NCBI GenBank assembly: GCA_033723415.1
Contig: JAWVXD010000003.1
Coordinates: 160,001-224,000 of the forward strand
Source: Sulfurospirillaceae bacterium
GTDB lineage: Bacteria > Campylobacterota > Campylobacteria > Campylobacterales > Sulfurospirillaceae
Length of the DNA stretch: 64,000 nucleotides
Direction: 5' to 3'
In this document: positions 10,208 through 21,924 of the stretch, one piece after another
Layout: every line of letters starts with the position of its first letter
Position numbering within the stretch: the first letter of the stretch is position 1
Program-made: the position numbers and the translations under genes
The notes under the pieces: model-generated
Database searches by the model: none
Seen by the model: only the letters and a program-made list of their open reading frames with translations
Told to the model about the DNA's origin: nothing

Positions 10208-11206
10208 TTAACTCTTTTTCTTGGAATTATAACAAAAATAATTTATACTAGCACAATGTAGACTTCCATGTTCTCTTATGAATATGGAAGCGTCTACTCC
10301 TATCACGTCTAATTGCGGTAGATGTGTTTTGAGTTTTGTTAAGACCTCTTGGTCCAATTTATCATGGTAGGTAGGTACTATCAATGCATTGTTTATAAAT
10401 ATAAAATTCATATATGTTGCAGGAAGTCTATGATCTTGGAACATATGAGATGAAGGTAAAGGTAGTGGTAAAAGATCATATCCTGTTTGTTTTAACTCTT
10501 TTTCCATTAACGAGAGCTCTTTAAAATGACTATCTTGCTCGTCATAGCATTTTACATATGCGATTGTATCTTGATCAATAAATCTGGCAAGCGTATCTAT
10601 GTGTGAGTCTGTGTCGTCTCCCTCAAGTCCGCCGTGTTTCAATATGATCATATCTTTGGTACCAAATAATTCACTTAACTTTTTTTTGATCTGATCTTTG
10701 GTGTAATGGGGATTTCTATTTTTATTAAATATACAATTTTCAGTACTTAATAATACGCCTTGACCATTTGTATCTATGCTTCCCCCCTCAAGTATTAGAT
10801 CGATTTTCTGCATTGGAGAATCGATCAAGCCCAGTTCTTGAAGTTTTGTATTGACAAGATTATCTTTGGTTGCATCAAATTTTCCACCCCAGGCATTGAA
10901 GGTAAAGTCGTAATTTTTTAATTTTTCATCTTCATATACTCCGATGACTCCAAAATCTCTTATCCAGGTATCGTTCGTTTCTATTTCGATTAATGTTATA
11001 TTTTCCATAGAATTTAGAAGTGCAGAAACTTCATCTTTTTTTCTGCAAAGTATTATACATTTTTGATATTTTTGTATGGCATTTATAAGTTGGATATATG
11101 CAAGCCTTATCTCGTCAATACTATGTTTCCAGTCACTTCGTGAATCTGGGAATACCAATAATATAAATTCTTGTTTTTCCCATTCAGCAGGTAGTCTTAT
11201 TGACAA
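10208..11206 (-). CDS. aguA: Agmatine deiminase
   Basis: LPAEWE, DTWIRD, EGGSI, DTDSHID and GSLHC motifs. Confidence 0.93.
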   Translation of the reverse strand: MSIRLPAEWEKQEFILLVFPDSRSDWKHSIDEIRLAYIQLINAIQKYQKCIILCRKKDEVSALLNSMENITLIEIETNDTWIRDFGVIGVYEDEKLKNYDFTFNAWGGKFDATKDNLVNTKLQELGLIDSPMQKIDLILEGGSIDTNGQGVLLSTENCIFNKNRNPHYTKDQIKKKLSELFGTKDMIILKHGGLEGDDTDSHIDTLARFIDQDTIAYVKCYDEQDSHFKELSLMEKELKQTGYDLLPLPLPSSHMFQDHRLPATYMNFIFINNALIVPTYHDKLDQEVLTKLKTHLPQLDVIGVDASIFIREHGSLHCASINYFCYNSKKKS

Positions 11207-11264
11207 ATTTTATCCTTTTTGTGATATTATAATTTTGTAATTTTAACATAAACAAAGGTAGAGA

Positions 11265-12800
11265 GTGTTTAAAAAGTGGCAGAAACGAAGTATTAATCAA
11301 ATCAATATGTATGCGATTTTTTTGGCCGGAGTTTTTGCCTTTGCTGCAGCTTTTATAGTCATCTTCAATGAATATCTTGATTTCAATAAAGAAGTTGCAC
11401 AAATAGAGCGAAGCTTCATACAAAACCAAAAAACCCAAATCATAAAAAAAACAAAAATTTTAGAAAAACTCATAAGATACAACTACGAAAGTTTTCATTC
11501 AAATAAAGAATTTGAAAGTAAACTTTCGCAGATTTGCAAGTACATATTAAATGACGGTGAAGAAAAAACAAATCTTTTTATTTTTGACAATAATAAAAGA
11601 ACTATATGTAATTCTAAAATGCAAGAATTTTCACTTTCTATTAAAGATAGGATTTTTGAAATAGCTAACAAGGGAGGAGGTTTTTTAGATATAAAATACG
11701 GCAACAGAAAGTACATGATCTATATAAAAAAAATTAACAAATTAGGTTTAGTTTATGGCGGAGATATCAGTATAGATGATTTTAAACAAACTATCGAACT
11801 AAAAAGAATCGCTTATAAAAACAAAATTGCAGGATTTGTTCTTAAAATATTTTCATTGACACTGCTTTTATATATAATCAGTATTATAAAGTATAGATTT
11901 TATACTAAAAAATTATCCAAAGAGTTAAAATATATAATTGACTCGTTCAAAGTCGCATCTATGGAATATCGTCCTATAAATTTAAGCAAGATAGAATTTT
12001 TTGAATTTAATCAAATAGCCTTACATGCAAATGACATGATATATAAAATCAAAAATAAAAATAGAGCTCTTGTGCTTTTAAACGAAGATCTTGGTAGATT
12101 GGTAGAAGAAAAAACCGAAGAATTGAGAAAGTCTATGGAAAAGAAAAAAGAATTGCTTGTTTATCAAGAAAAATTTGTTAGAAATGCCATACATGAGATA
12201 AACACTCCTTTATCTATAATTCTCATTAATATCGAGCTATACAACTTGAAATTTGAAAAAAATAATTATCTAGCCAATATAGAAGCAGCTGTCAAAGTTC
12301 TTGAAAATATCTACGGAGATTTAGGATATATAGTTAAAAAAGATAGAGTGGTCTATGAAAAGAATATGATTAATTTTTCACTTTTTATTAGCAATAGAAT
12401 AGAGTACTTTCAAGACGTGGCAAGAGGAAATGATCTAGTGTTAAAAGCTGAGATAGACGACAATATTTTTATACTGTTCAATGAGGTACAGCTCCAGAGA
12501 CTTTGTGACAATAGCATCTCAAATGCTATAAAATACAGTTTTGCCAATGAAGTTATAAATGTGAAATTATATGAAGATGATAATCTTTTTGTTTTAGAAG
12601 TTTCAAATAAGGGAGAAAAGATTAAAAATGCAGATAAGCTATTTGAAAAATTTTATAGAGAAGACAAAGCTAGAGGAGGATTTGGTTTGGGTTTAAATAT
12701 AGTAAAAGAGATATGCGATACGAATGACGTAAAAATAATTGTCGTCTCAGAGGGGAACATCATAACATTTAAATACTTTTTTAGCGGAGTGATAAGTTGA
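11265..12800 (+). CDS. Sensor histidine kinase
   Basis: Two TM segments, HEINTPL H-box, SNAIKY, GFGLGL. Confidence 0.92.
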   Translation: MFKKWQKRSINQINMYAIFLAGVFAFAAAFIVIFNEYLDFNKEVAQIERSFIQNQKTQIIKKTKILEKLIRYNYESFHSNKEFESKLSQICKYILNDGEEKTNLFIFDNNKRTICNSKMQEFSLSIKDRIFEIANKGGGFLDIKYGNRKYMIYIKKINKLGLVYGGDISIDDFKQTIELKRIAYKNKIAGFVLKIFSLTLLLYIISIIKYRFYTKKLSKELKYIIDSFKVASMEYRPINLSKIEFFEFNQIALHANDMIYKIKNKNRALVLLNEDLGRLVEEKTEELRKSMEKKKELLVYQEKFVRNAIHEINTPLSIILINIELYNLKFEKNNYLANIEAAVKVLENIYGDLGYIVKKDRVVYEKNMINFSLFISNRIEYFQDVARGNDLVLKAEIDDNIFILFNEVQLQRLCDNSISNAIKYSFANEVINVKLYEDDNLFVLEVSNKGEKIKNADKLFEKFYREDKARGGFGLGLNIVKEICDTNDVKIIVVSEGNIITFKYFFSGVIS

Positions 12801-13459
12801 AAATCTTACTTTTAGAAGATGAGACCATGCTTAGAAATTCTATCAGTGAATACTTAGAATCGCTTGGTCATGAGATAGATGGTTTTGCAAATGGTGCAGA
12901 GGCTTATGAAGTCTTAAAGACAGAAAAATATGATCTTCTGCTTTTAGATATAAATGTTCCAAAAATAAACGGTTTAGAGTTGCTTGAAAAACTAAATAAG
13001 ATCAAACATTCTACTACGATTTTTATCAGTGCGATGATAGATATAGAAGATATCAGTCAAGCCTATGAATTGGGAGCTTCGGATTATCTGAAAAAGCCAT
13101 TTCATTTAAAAGAGCTGGCACTTAAAATAAATCAGATAAAAAAAGAGCAAAGTGCAAAAGAACTACAGCAAGTAGTGTTGAGCAAAAGATACAGTTTTTC
13201 AAAGGAAAAACAAATCTTATTTTATAACAACAGTGCACAAACACTTACTAAAAAACAGTTGCAAATCTTAACACTGTTATCTCAAAACCTTGGTATAGTA
13301 GTAGATTTTGAAAAATTCAGGAGTTTTGTTTGGCAAGACGAACCTGTAGATAATGCAACAATAAGAGCTGAGATCAGTCGTCTTAGAAAATCTTTGAAAG
13401 AAGACTTTATAGTTAATATGAAAGGAGTCGGATATAAGATAGCAAAATACTTTGTTTAA
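12797..13459 (+). CDS. OmpR-family response regulator
   Basis: LLEDE, LLDINVP, KKPF receiver motifs and winged helix ending GVGYK. Confidence 0.93.
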   Translation: MKILLLEDETMLRNSISEYLESLGHEIDGFANGAEAYEVLKTEKYDLLLLDINVPKINGLELLEKLNKIKHSTTIFISAMIDIEDISQAYELGASDYLKKPFHLKELALKINQIKKEQSAKELQQVVLSKRYSFSKEKQILFYNNSAQTLTKKQLQILTLLSQNLGIVVDFEKFRSFVWQDEPVDNATIRAEISRLRKSLKEDFIVNMKGVGYKIAKYFV

Positions 13460-13591
13460 GGGGCAATGTGCTACTTTTTTTCACATTGAATCAATAAAGG
13501 CTCCATGTAAGCCATAATGCTACGAAAATGCTATGAAATTTCATTATTATGTATTCTAGAGTATAAAATCAATGCTAATAAGGAGAAATAT

Positions 13592-15532
13592 ATGTCAGAA
13601 ATTTTTGAACCGAACAGAGAGTTTAGCCGAAATGCGCGCATTAAGAATATGTGCGAGTATAAAGAACTATGTCATCAAGTTGATGATGGTTATGAGGAAT
13701 ATTGGGATAAACTGGCTAAGGAAAAGATTGATTGGTTTGAACCTTATAATAAAGTGTTGGACGAGAGTGAAGCACCTTTTTATAAATGGTTTGTCGGAGG
13801 AAAATTAAACGTCACACATCAATGTATCGGAAGGCATTTAAAAGAAAGAAAAAACAAAGCTGCAATCATCTGGGAAGGTGAAGACGGAAGTCGTAGAATC
13901 ATCACATATTTGCTTTTATATTACAGAGTCAATCGTATGGCAAACCTTTTGAAAAATCAATTTGGTATTAAAAAAGGTGATAGAGTAGTTCTTTATATGC
14001 CTATGATTCCTGAAGCTGCATTTGCGATGCTAGCATGTGCCAAGATCGGTGCAATACACTCTGTTGTTTTCGGTGGATTTTCAGCCGAAGCACTAAGAGA
14101 CAGGATCATAGATGCCCAAGCAAAACTTGTAATTACCGCTGATGGAGCTTTTAGAAGAGGGACTCCATATTTACTCAAACCAACAGTAGATGCTGCTTTA
14201 GAGAGTGGATGTGAATGTTGTGAAAAAGTTTTGGTGGTTAAGAGAAACTTTGAAGATATAGATATGGTAGATGGTAGAGATTTTGTTTATAATGATATGA
14301 TAAAGAATGAATCACAACATTGCCCTGCCGAGCCTATGGATAGTGAAGATCCTTTATTCTTGTTGTACACTTCTGGAAGTACAGGAAAACCAAAAGGAGT
14401 TCAACATTCTCAAGCCGGATATATTTTATGGGCACAATACACGATGGAAAATGTCTTTGACGTAAAAGAAAATGATACTTTTTGGTGTACTGCCGATGTC
14501 GGTTGGGTTACAGGACACACTTATATAGTCTATGGACCTCTTGCCATGGGTGCTACCACGATCATGTATGAAGGTGTTCCTTTATATCCTGATGCCGGAA
14601 GATGGTGGAATATGATCGAAGAGCTTAGAATAAATCAATTCTATACCGCACCTACTGCGATCAGATTGTTACATAAAGTAGGGGCTGATGAACCAGGCAA
14701 ATATGATCTTAGTTCATTGAAAGTTCTAGGAACGGTTGGAGAACCGATCAACCCGGATGCTTGGATGTGGTATTATAATGAGATTGGAAAAGGAAAGTGT
14801 TCGATAGTAGATACTTGGTGGCAAACAGAAACAGGCGGTCATATGATATCTCCTCTTCCTGGTGCAACTCCTATCAAGCCTGGAAGTGCAACATTCCCAT
14901 TACCTGGAATCAAAGCGGAGATCATAGATGAAGAGGGTAATCCGACTCCTGTAGGAGAAAAAGGTCTATTGTGTATCACCAAACCTTGGCCTTCAATGAT
15001 AAGAACTATCTGGGGAGATCCTGAGCGATTTAAAAAATCATATTTTGGTGATTGTAAAAAAGATGGAAAACCTGTGTACTTTTCAGGTGACGGTGCGATG
15101 TATGATGAAAACGGCTACATTACTATAACAGGAAGAACGGATGATGTTATCAATGTTTCAGGACATAGACTTGGAACAGCCGAAGTTGAAGCTGTTGTAG
15201 CACATGTTGACGGTGTTGCTGAGGTTGCAGTCGTAGGCAGACCAGATGATATCAAAGGAGAGAGTTTGTTTGCTTATGTTGTTGCAAGAGACGGTATGGT
15301 CAGTGATCCTCTTCAAAAAGCTATAAATCAGGAAATAGTAAAAGAGATAGGACCTATAGCAAAAGTAGATGCGATTCTTTTGGTTCCGGGACTTCCAAAA
15401 ACAAGAAGTGGAAAGATCATGAGAAGATTGCTTAGAACTATAGCCAAAGGAGAAGATATCACACAAGATATATCAACTTTGGAAGATCCTAGTGTTATCA
15501 CAAAAATAGAACAGTTATTTAAAGGAAAATAA
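13592..15532 (+). CDS. acs: Acetyl-CoA synthetase
   Basis: [27 protein letters not shown]; start moved to the ATG at 13592 after AGGAGA RBS. Confidence 0.96.
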   Translation: MSEIFEPNREFSRNARIKNMCEYKELCHQVDDGYEEYWDKLAKEKIDWFEPYNKVLDESEAPFYKWFVGGKLNVTHQCIGRHLKERKNKAAIIWEGEDGSRRIITYLLLYYRVNRMANLLKNQFGIKKGDRVVLYMPMIPEAAFAMLACAKIGAIHSVVFGGFSAEALRDRIIDAQAKLVITADGAFRRGTPYLLKPTVDAALESGCECCEKVLVVKRNFEDIDMVDGRDFVYNDMIKNESQHCPAEPMDSEDPLFLLYTSGSTGKPKGVQHSQAGYILWAQYTMENVFDVKENDTFWCTADVGWVTGHTYIVYGPLAMGATTIMYEGVPLYPDAGRWWNMIEELRINQFYTAPTAIRLLHKVGADEPGKYDLSSLKVLGTVGEPINPDAWMWYYNEIGKGKCSIVDTWWQTETGGHMISPLPGATPIKPGSATFPLPGIKAEIIDEEGNPTPVGEKGLLCITKPWPSMIRTIWGDPERFKKSYFGDCKKDGKPVYFSGDGAMYDENGYITITGRTDDVINVSGHRLGTAEVEAVVAHVDGVAEVAVVGRPDDIKGESLFAYVVARDGMVSDPLQKAINQEIVKEIGPIAKVDAILLVPGLPKTRSGKIMRRLLRTIAKGEDITQDISTLEDPSVITKIEQLFKGK

Positions 15533-15533
15533 G

Positions 15534-15731
15534 ATGAAGAACCACAAAGTTATAGATATCAAAATCACATACCAACCAGAAAATATGGAGAATGTCCAAA
15601 GCTTAGAAGAAAAAGTAGAGAAGTTTTTGGAGAGTATTAAAGGAACTAAGGGCGTAAAGATAAAAGCTAAGAAGCATAACGTTGCAGTAGATATTATGCT
15701 TGATGAGTATGGTATGGAGTTAGAAGAATAA
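15534..15731 (+). CDS. Small hypothetical protein
   Basis: 65-aa ORF starting 1 nt after the acs stop. Confidence 0.6.
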   Translation: MKNHKVIDIKITYQPENMENVQSLEEKVEKFLESIKGTKGVKIKAKKHNVAVDIMLDEYGMELEE

Positions 15732-15752
15732 CTTCATTTAAGGGGTAGTACG

Positions 15753-16001
15753 CTATTTTTGGCGGCTACCCACATAATTTTTAAATATTCCGTATATCGT
15801 TATGATTATCCAAAAAACTTCTATAAGAAAAGATCCCAGATTAAAATGTACTATTAGTGATATAATTAAGAGGATAGCTCCTATTAAATTCAATGCTTGA
15901 AATCTGATTGAATGATTATTAGCTTTGTTTGTTTGAATCAGAAAATATGCATAAATAATAAAAAGCATCCCAATAAAACCGATAAGTTGATAAATATCCA
16001 A
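15753..16001 (-). CDS. Small membrane protein (CBU_0592-like)
   Basis: Three hydrophobic segments, LNLIGA and IEVFW motifs. Confidence 0.7.
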   Translation of the reverse strand: MDIYQLIGFIGMLFIIYAYFLIQTNKANNHSIRFQALNLIGAILLIISLIVHFNLGSFLIEVFWIIITIYGIFKNYVGSRQK

Positions 16002-16068
16002 ATTGACTCCTTTAAAAACCGAAAATTATAGCACAATATGTTACAATTAAACTAAAAAAGAGAACAAA

Positions 16069-16563
16069 ATGGAAACAATTCTTATTATAAATACCGGCGG
16101 CACTTTCAATAAAAGATACAATCCGCTGAAAGGTGAACTTCAAGTGCCGGATGATAGTTTGGCATTGGATGGTATATTAAAATATTTTTATAATTTAAAC
16201 TACAAAACAATAAATATTATTCATAAAGATAGTTTGGATATGAACAACGAAGATAGAGAAGAGATAGCTAAACTTATACAGCACTCTTCTTATAAGAAAG
16301 TTATCATAGTTCATGGTACTGATACTATGGATAAAACAGCAGAATTCTTAGATGAGAAGATCAAAGACAAATGTATCGTGCTAACAGGGGCGATGGTTCC
16401 TTTTAGCATTGAGCAAGTTGAAGCTACAACAAATATCTCAACAGCGATAGGATATATGCTAAGTTGCCAAAGGACAGGTGTTTATATAGCGATGCATGGA
16501 TTAGTGAACTTACATGACAAGATATTTAAGAACAGAGAAATAGGTGTTTTTCAAAGTAAGTAA
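16069..16563 (+). CDS. Short asparaginase-domain protein
   Basis: NTGGT, HGTDT and LTGAM motifs. Confidence 0.88.
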   Translation: METILIINTGGTFNKRYNPLKGELQVPDDSLALDGILKYFYNLNYKTINIIHKDSLDMNNEDREEIAKLIQHSSYKKVIIVHGTDTMDKTAEFLDEKIKDKCIVLTGAMVPFSIEQVEATTNISTAIGYMLSCQRTGVYIAMHGLVNLHDKIFKNREIGVFQSK

Positions 16564-16585
16564 TCTCCTTTAAAGAGATTACTTA

Positions 16586-17296
16586 TCAGCCGATGTTTGT
16601 ATAAACGGCTTGTACGTCATCGTCATCTTCGACTTTTTCTATGATTTTTTCTATCTCTTCTAATTGTTCCGGTGTAAAACTTATCGGAGTATTTGCAATT
16701 CTCTCTAAGGTAGCTTTGGTTAGTTCGATATTAAGTTCTTCAAAAGCATGGGACAAGTTCCCAAAATCTTTGTAATCAGCATGAACTAACACTATGCCGT
16801 CTTCTTCTTCTATATCTTCAAGTCCGGCATCGATCAATTCTAGTTCTATTTCTTCTAGATCCATATCATCTGTTTTATTAAATTCAAAAACTGCTTTTCT
16901 TGAAAACATAAAATCAAGTGAGCCGTTGTTAAGCATTTCTCCACCTGCTTTTTTAAAGTTACTTTTAACCTTAGCAACTGTTCTTGTCGGATTATCTGTG
17001 GCGCATTCTACAAAAAACAGTGAGCCGTGAGGCCCTTTACCTTCATAAGTCACTTCACTCATACTTGCGATATCTTTACTGTCAGCTCTTTTTATTGCAG
17101 CTTCTATATTATCTTTTGGCATATTTTCGGCTTTTGCATTTAGTATAGCAGTTCTTAGTTTTGCATTGCTTTCAGGATCGCTACCGCCTTCTTTTGCTGC
17201 CATAGTAATTGAACGTCCAAGTCTTGGAAATACTCTTGACATATTTCCCCATCTTTTCATTTTTGCTGCTTTTCTATATTCAAAAGCTCTTCCCAT
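16586..17296 (-). CDS. YebC/PmpR family protein
   Basis: [32 protein letters not shown]. Confidence 0.95.
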   Translation of the reverse strand: MGRAFEYRKAAKMKRWGNMSRVFPRLGRSITMAAKEGGSDPESNAKLRTAILNAKAENMPKDNIEAAIKRADSKDIASMSEVTYEGKGPHGSLFFVECATDNPTRTVAKVKSNFKKAGGEMLNNGSLDFMFSRKAVFEFNKTDDMDLEEIELELIDAGLEDIEEEDGIVLVHADYKDFGNLSHAFEELNIELTKATLERIANTPISFTPEQLEEIEKIIEKVEDDDDVQAVYTNIG

Positions 17297-17386
17297 TTTA
17301 TAGTCCTTATTTGTATGCTTATATTTTTTTGGTATTATACTATTTGTTTTATTTGGTAAATCTAAAGCACTCTATAGGAGAAATAA

Positions 17387-20035
17387 ATGGCTAACAAGTC
17401 AAGACGTCTTTATAAATTGCGTGATATTGAAAAGATGTTAGTATTTTTTCCTATATTTTTTATACTTCTATTGTCTATAGTGTCATTTGTCGTCTCTTCT
17501 TTTATATTAGATTTCAATAAAAAATCTCAAATTGATCTGATAACTCAGAGAGCAAAATTACAAACTGATTATGAAAATAGTAAAAAATTACATGATTATG
17601 TAAATCAAAATATAAAAGAAGTGAATTTTTATTTTAAAAATGTTGAAAAAAAATTGATGTTAAATGTTGCTGAGATACAAGGAACTATCAACGGTCTAGT
17701 ATCTCAGGAAGGTACTATAGATATGGATAGGTTAGTACCTTTTTTAAGAGATGTGGAAGACAACAATGATGTAAATTTTGTAATTTTTGAAAAAAAATCT
17801 CACAAAGTCCTTTATGGCTTAGATACGATAAGAAATATCCAAAAATTGATATTTAACAATTACAATAATCCTAGATCTCTCCAACTGACTCTGTTATATA
17901 TAGTATCACAAGGACCAAAGAGCAGTTTTTATTGGAAAAATGATGAAAAACAGAGTATCCAGATAAATTATTTTAAGCTGGATGCTAAAACTGATTGGTA
18001 TATAGGAGCTTTTTCTGTTACTGATGATCTAAAAAAATTTACTGCCAAGACATTTTTTAACTCTATTAAAGATGATGTATTGGTAAATAAAAAAGACTAT
18101 TTTTATTTTTATGATTATAGTGAGCATTATTTTTATAATTTTTACAATAAAAAGTTGTGGTTACCAAGTGAAAAGGTACTGTCAAAATTAAGTGAACAAG
18201 ATAAACAAAAGATAAAATTAATAGGTCATAGTCAAGAGGGTAAAAAATCAGGATATAAAAATTTTTATGATTTTTTTCAATACAATTTTGGGGTTGGTAT
18301 AAAAGCAAAGCCAAATCTTATGATAGATCGTTATGCTTTGCAAAAAGATAAAGTAAAAGAGGAATTTAGAAACAGAAAAACCGTTGTTGCCGTCATCATA
18401 GCTATCTTCACTATTATCTTAATCATTTCTTCATTTGCTTTTACAAACTTCATCAAAAAAGTATTTTCTACATATAATAAAAGATTTGAAAACAAAAATA
18501 CGTTGCTTAAGGTTTGGAAGGAAAGGTATGAGCTGGCAATCATTGCTTCAAATGACGGACTTTGGGATATAAATTTCAATACTGGAAAAATCTTTTTCTC
18601 AAATACATGGTTAAATATGTTTGGATATAAACGAGGAGAGATCGATTCTTATGATGATTGGCTCAATTTAATTCATAAAGATGATAGAGACAATGTCGAA
18701 AAGGTCATGAAAGAGCATAAGCTTGGTTTGAGAGATCATTTTATAGCTGAATTCAGGGTTAGAACGAAGATAAATAGATACAAATGGGTACTGTCCCGTG
18801 GTAAGATCTTTTATGATGCCCAAAACAAACCTGAGAGACTTTTGATGATGGCTATGAACATAGTCGAGAGAAAAAGGATAGAAAAGACTCTAGATGATAC
18901 TTGGCGACTTATGAAAGAAGGTGATATCGTTTTATTTAGATGGACAAATGATACGCACTTGACAGTAACATTTGCATCTGAAAGTATCGAAAAATTTGGA
19001 TATTTACCGGATGATCTATTGCAAAAAACAACGATGTATACGGATATAATATACAAAGAAGACTTGCCCATGGTTATGGAATCTTTGAAACAGCATATAG
19101 ATAATGGGAAAGAAGGTTTTTCCTGCATATATAGAATCTTCAAAAAAGACAATTTTGAGGTCAGATGGGTATTTTCGCACGCTATTTTTATAAAAGATGA
19201 TTTTGGAAGAGTTACGGATCTATATGGATATATTTATGATATTACGGCTATTAAGCAAACTGAGCAGGAGTTGGAGTTAAAAGTCAAAGAAGAAGTAGCA
19301 AAGAATATAGCAAAAGATAGGCTTCTTGTGCAGCAAAATAAGTTGGCTGCGATGGGTGAGATGATAGGAGCTATTGCTCACCAATGGAGGCAACCGTTAA
19401 ACAATATATCGTTGATCTTGCATTTTATCAGGGATAACTACGATAATAAACAACTAAATCCGAAAATGATAAGTGATTATATAAACAAAGGCAAAAAACA
19501 GATAGATTATATGTCTCATACCATAGATGATTTTAGAAATTTTTATAAACCTTCAAAAGAGCGGGCAGTTTTTAATCTAAAAGATACTTTGATCTCTATC
19601 AAAGAGATAGCAAGTTCGCAATTGGGGCAAAAAGAATTTCAGATCAATATAGATATTGAAGAGACAATGCTGTTTAGTTTTGAAAATGAATTTAAACAGG
19701 CTATATTGAACATAATCTCAAATGCAAAAGATGCTATTTATCAAAGAAAAGAGAAAAATACGAATTTTGAAGGCATTATAAACATAATAGGAAGAAAAAA
19801 CAAAGACAAGTATGAGATCGTGATATCCAATAATGCAGGAGAAATAAAAGAAGATATAATGGATAGGATGTTTGAGCCTTATTTTACGACAAAATTTGAA
19901 AAACAAGGCACAGGGATCGGACTTTACATGACGCGCATGATCATAGAGAACAGCATGCTTGGCGAGATTGAGGTAAATAATATAAAAAATGGTGTAGAAT
20001 TTAAAGTAATTTTACCTATACAGGAGAAGGTGTGA
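17387..20035 (+). CDS. PAS-domain sensor histidine kinase
   Basis: TM-periplasmic-TM, two PAS/PAC domains, AHQWRQPL, GTGIGL. Confidence 0.92.
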   Translation: MANKSRRLYKLRDIEKMLVFFPIFFILLLSIVSFVVSSFILDFNKKSQIDLITQRAKLQTDYENSKKLHDYVNQNIKEVNFYFKNVEKKLMLNVAEIQGTINGLVSQEGTIDMDRLVPFLRDVEDNNDVNFVIFEKKSHKVLYGLDTIRNIQKLIFNNYNNPRSLQLTLLYIVSQGPKSSFYWKNDEKQSIQINYFKLDAKTDWYIGAFSVTDDLKKFTAKTFFNSIKDDVLVNKKDYFYFYDYSEHYFYNFYNKKLWLPSEKVLSKLSEQDKQKIKLIGHSQEGKKSGYKNFYDFFQYNFGVGIKAKPNLMIDRYALQKDKVKEEFRNRKTVVAVIIAIFTIILIISSFAFTNFIKKVFSTYNKRFENKNTLLKVWKERYELAIIASNDGLWDINFNTGKIFFSNTWLNMFGYKRGEIDSYDDWLNLIHKDDRDNVEKVMKEHKLGLRDHFIAEFRVRTKINRYKWVLSRGKIFYDAQNKPERLLMMAMNIVERKRIEKTLDDTWRLMKEGDIVLFRWTNDTHLTVTFASESIEKFGYLPDDLLQKTTMYTDIIYKEDLPMVMESLKQHIDNGKEGFSCIYRIFKKDNFEVRWVFSHAIFIKDDFGRVTDLYGYIYDITAIKQTEQELELKVKEEVAKNIAKDRLLVQQNKLAAMGEMIGAIAHQWRQPLNNISLILHFIRDNYDNKQLNPKMISDYINKGKKQIDYMSHTIDDFRNFYKPSKERAVFNLKDTLISIKEIASSQLGQKEFQINIDIEETMLFSFENEFKQAILNIISNAKDAIYQRKEKNTNFEGIINIIGRKNKDKYEIVISNNAGEIKEDIMDRMFEPYFTTKFEKQGTGIGLYMTRMIIENSMLGEIEVNNIKNGVEFKVILPIQEKV

Positions 20036-20742
20036 GCAAAAATATCACAAGAGTTTTATTAGTTGAAGATGAAGCTGATGCTAGAGAGATTTTGAGTTTT
20101 TATTTAAATACAATATTTGAAGATGTAGTGACTGCGGTTGATGGTTTGATAGGATATGAGATTTTTAAACAAAATTTGAAAGAAGGCAAAAGTTTTGATT
20201 TAGTTTTAACGGATATCAAGATGCCAAACCTTAACGGTATGGATATGATAGAAAAAATGCTAAAATTAAAAGAAAACCAGAAATTCATCATAGTCTCTGC
20301 ATACAAAGATGAAGAAAAACTGATGAAATCAATAAACTTTAGAGTTTTGGGATATTTTTTGAAACCGATCAATGTGGATAATATGATGGAGATCCTAACA
20401 AAAGCAAAACAAGAAGTTCTCAGGGAGAAAGAAGAACAAAAGGATAGAGAGATCATCAAGATTAACGAACACTATACATACTCTAAAGATAGAAAGCTTT
20501 TATATTGTGATTCGATCCTTGTCAAATTATCCAAAAAGGAAACTCAGTTATTAGATATCTTGGTTGAAAATATTGGCAAGATCATAACGATAGAGGAGTT
20601 CAAGATAGCTCTTTGGGATGATATAAATAAATCAGATATAACATTTAGGACTGTCATGAAAAGACTCAAAGATAAGATCAATACAGAAGATTTTATACTC
20701 TCGCTCAAAGGTCAAGGTTACATCATAGAAAAAAAGCAGTAG
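20032..20742 (+). CDS. Response regulator with winged-helix output
   Basis: VEDE, TDIKMP, KP receiver motifs; C-terminal GQGY. Confidence 0.92.
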   Translation: MSKNITRVLLVEDEADAREILSFYLNTIFEDVVTAVDGLIGYEIFKQNLKEGKSFDLVLTDIKMPNLNGMDMIEKMLKLKENQKFIIVSAYKDEEKLMKSINFRVLGYFLKPINVDNMMEILTKAKQEVLREKEEQKDREIIKINEHYTYSKDRKLLYCDSILVKLSKKETQLLDILVENIGKIITIEEFKIALWDDINKSDITFRTVMKRLKDKINTEDFILSLKGQGYIIEKKQ

Positions 20743-20844
20743 AAAAGTAACACTTCAAAAAAAAATATATTTTTACAAACTATTTTGCAACTATTTTGAA
20801 ATTTACATGATATAATCTCTTATAAAATCAAAAAAGGAGATCAT

Positions 20845-21864
20845 ATGATTGACAGCAAAATTCTCAAGAGAGTTTTAGTTTCTACAGCAGTAGTTGTATC
20901 CATGGTTGGGACATTAAATGCCGCACCTAAAGAGAAAAAATACATAATTGCTACAGCAAGTACAGGTGGTACTTATTATCCTGTTGGAGTTGGTATCGCT
21001 ACTATTGCTAGTTTAAAACTAGCTAAAAAATATAAGATGACGTTTTCGGCAATAACAAGTGCCGGAAGTAACGAAAATATTGATATGCTAGATAAAGGCG
21101 AAGTTAACTTTGCTATTCTACAAGGACTTTTCGGATCAATGGCATGGCAGGGAAAAGGTATCTATGAAGGAAAGCCTAAGAAAAACCTTAGATCTGTTAC
21201 AATGTTATGGCAAAATGTCGAGCAATTTTTAGTTTATAAAAAATATGCAAAAACCGGCAATATCATGGATCTAAAAAATCTTTATGGAAAAGGTTTCTCT
21301 ATAGGCGGTAGAAATTCAGGAAGTAGAGTTTCATCTGAAACTATAATGAGCTCACTCGGTATTGATTACAACAAAATGGACATCCATTATCTTGGATATA
21401 CTCCAAGCTCAAACGCACTTCAAGATGGAAAAATCGAAGGTATGAATACACCTGCTGGAACACCTACAAGTTCTGTTACAAATGCTTTTGCAACAATCGG
21501 TGCAGGCAATCTTAAAGTCTTAGATTTTACGGCAGCAGATCTTAAAAAAATCGACGATAACTATCCTGTATGGACTCCTTTTACTATAAAAGCAGGTACT
21601 TATCCTGGACAAAAAGCTGACATTCACACTATCGCACAGCCAAACCTTTTGGTGGTCACTGCCGATACTCCTGAAGAAACAGTTTATCTTTTGACAAAAA
21701 CTATCTATGAAAACCTACCTTTCTTGCATTCAGTTCATAAAGCTACATTGGTTATGAGCTTGCAAAAAGCGATAAATGGTCTTCCTATGCCACTTCACCC
21801 AGGTGCTGCAAAATTCTACAAAGAAATGGGCCTAAAAATCCCAGCTAGACTTATAGCAAAATAG
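20845..21864 (+). CDS. TAXI family TRAP solute-binding protein
   Basis: TASTGGTYY, SAGSNEN, PLHPGA motifs; signal peptide. Confidence 0.93.
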   Translation: MIDSKILKRVLVSTAVVVSMVGTLNAAPKEKKYIIATASTGGTYYPVGVGIATIASLKLAKKYKMTFSAITSAGSNENIDMLDKGEVNFAILQGLFGSMAWQGKGIYEGKPKKNLRSVTMLWQNVEQFLVYKKYAKTGNIMDLKNLYGKGFSIGGRNSGSRVSSETIMSSLGIDYNKMDIHYLGYTPSSNALQDGKIEGMNTPAGTPTSSVTNAFATIGAGNLKVLDFTAADLKKIDDNYPVWTPFTIKAGTYPGQKADIHTIAQPNLLVVTADTPEETVYLLTKTIYENLPFLHSVHKATLVMSLQKAINGLPMPLHPGAAKFYKEMGLKIPARLIAK

Positions 21865-21871
21865 TAAAAAA

Positions 21872-21898
21872 AAGCATGACAAGATAATTGTCATGCTT
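21872..21898 (+). terminator. Intergenic hairpin after the TAXI gene
   Basis: AAGCATGACAA / TTGTCATGCTT 11-bp stem. Confidence 0.6.
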
Positions 21899-21924
21899 CA
21901 ACTCTTTAATAAAGGTATTTTAAT

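Noticed and set aside
10276..10285. TTATGAATAT copy in the host region
   Set aside because: Inside aguA and antisense to it; a single AT-rich 10-mer is plausible by chance
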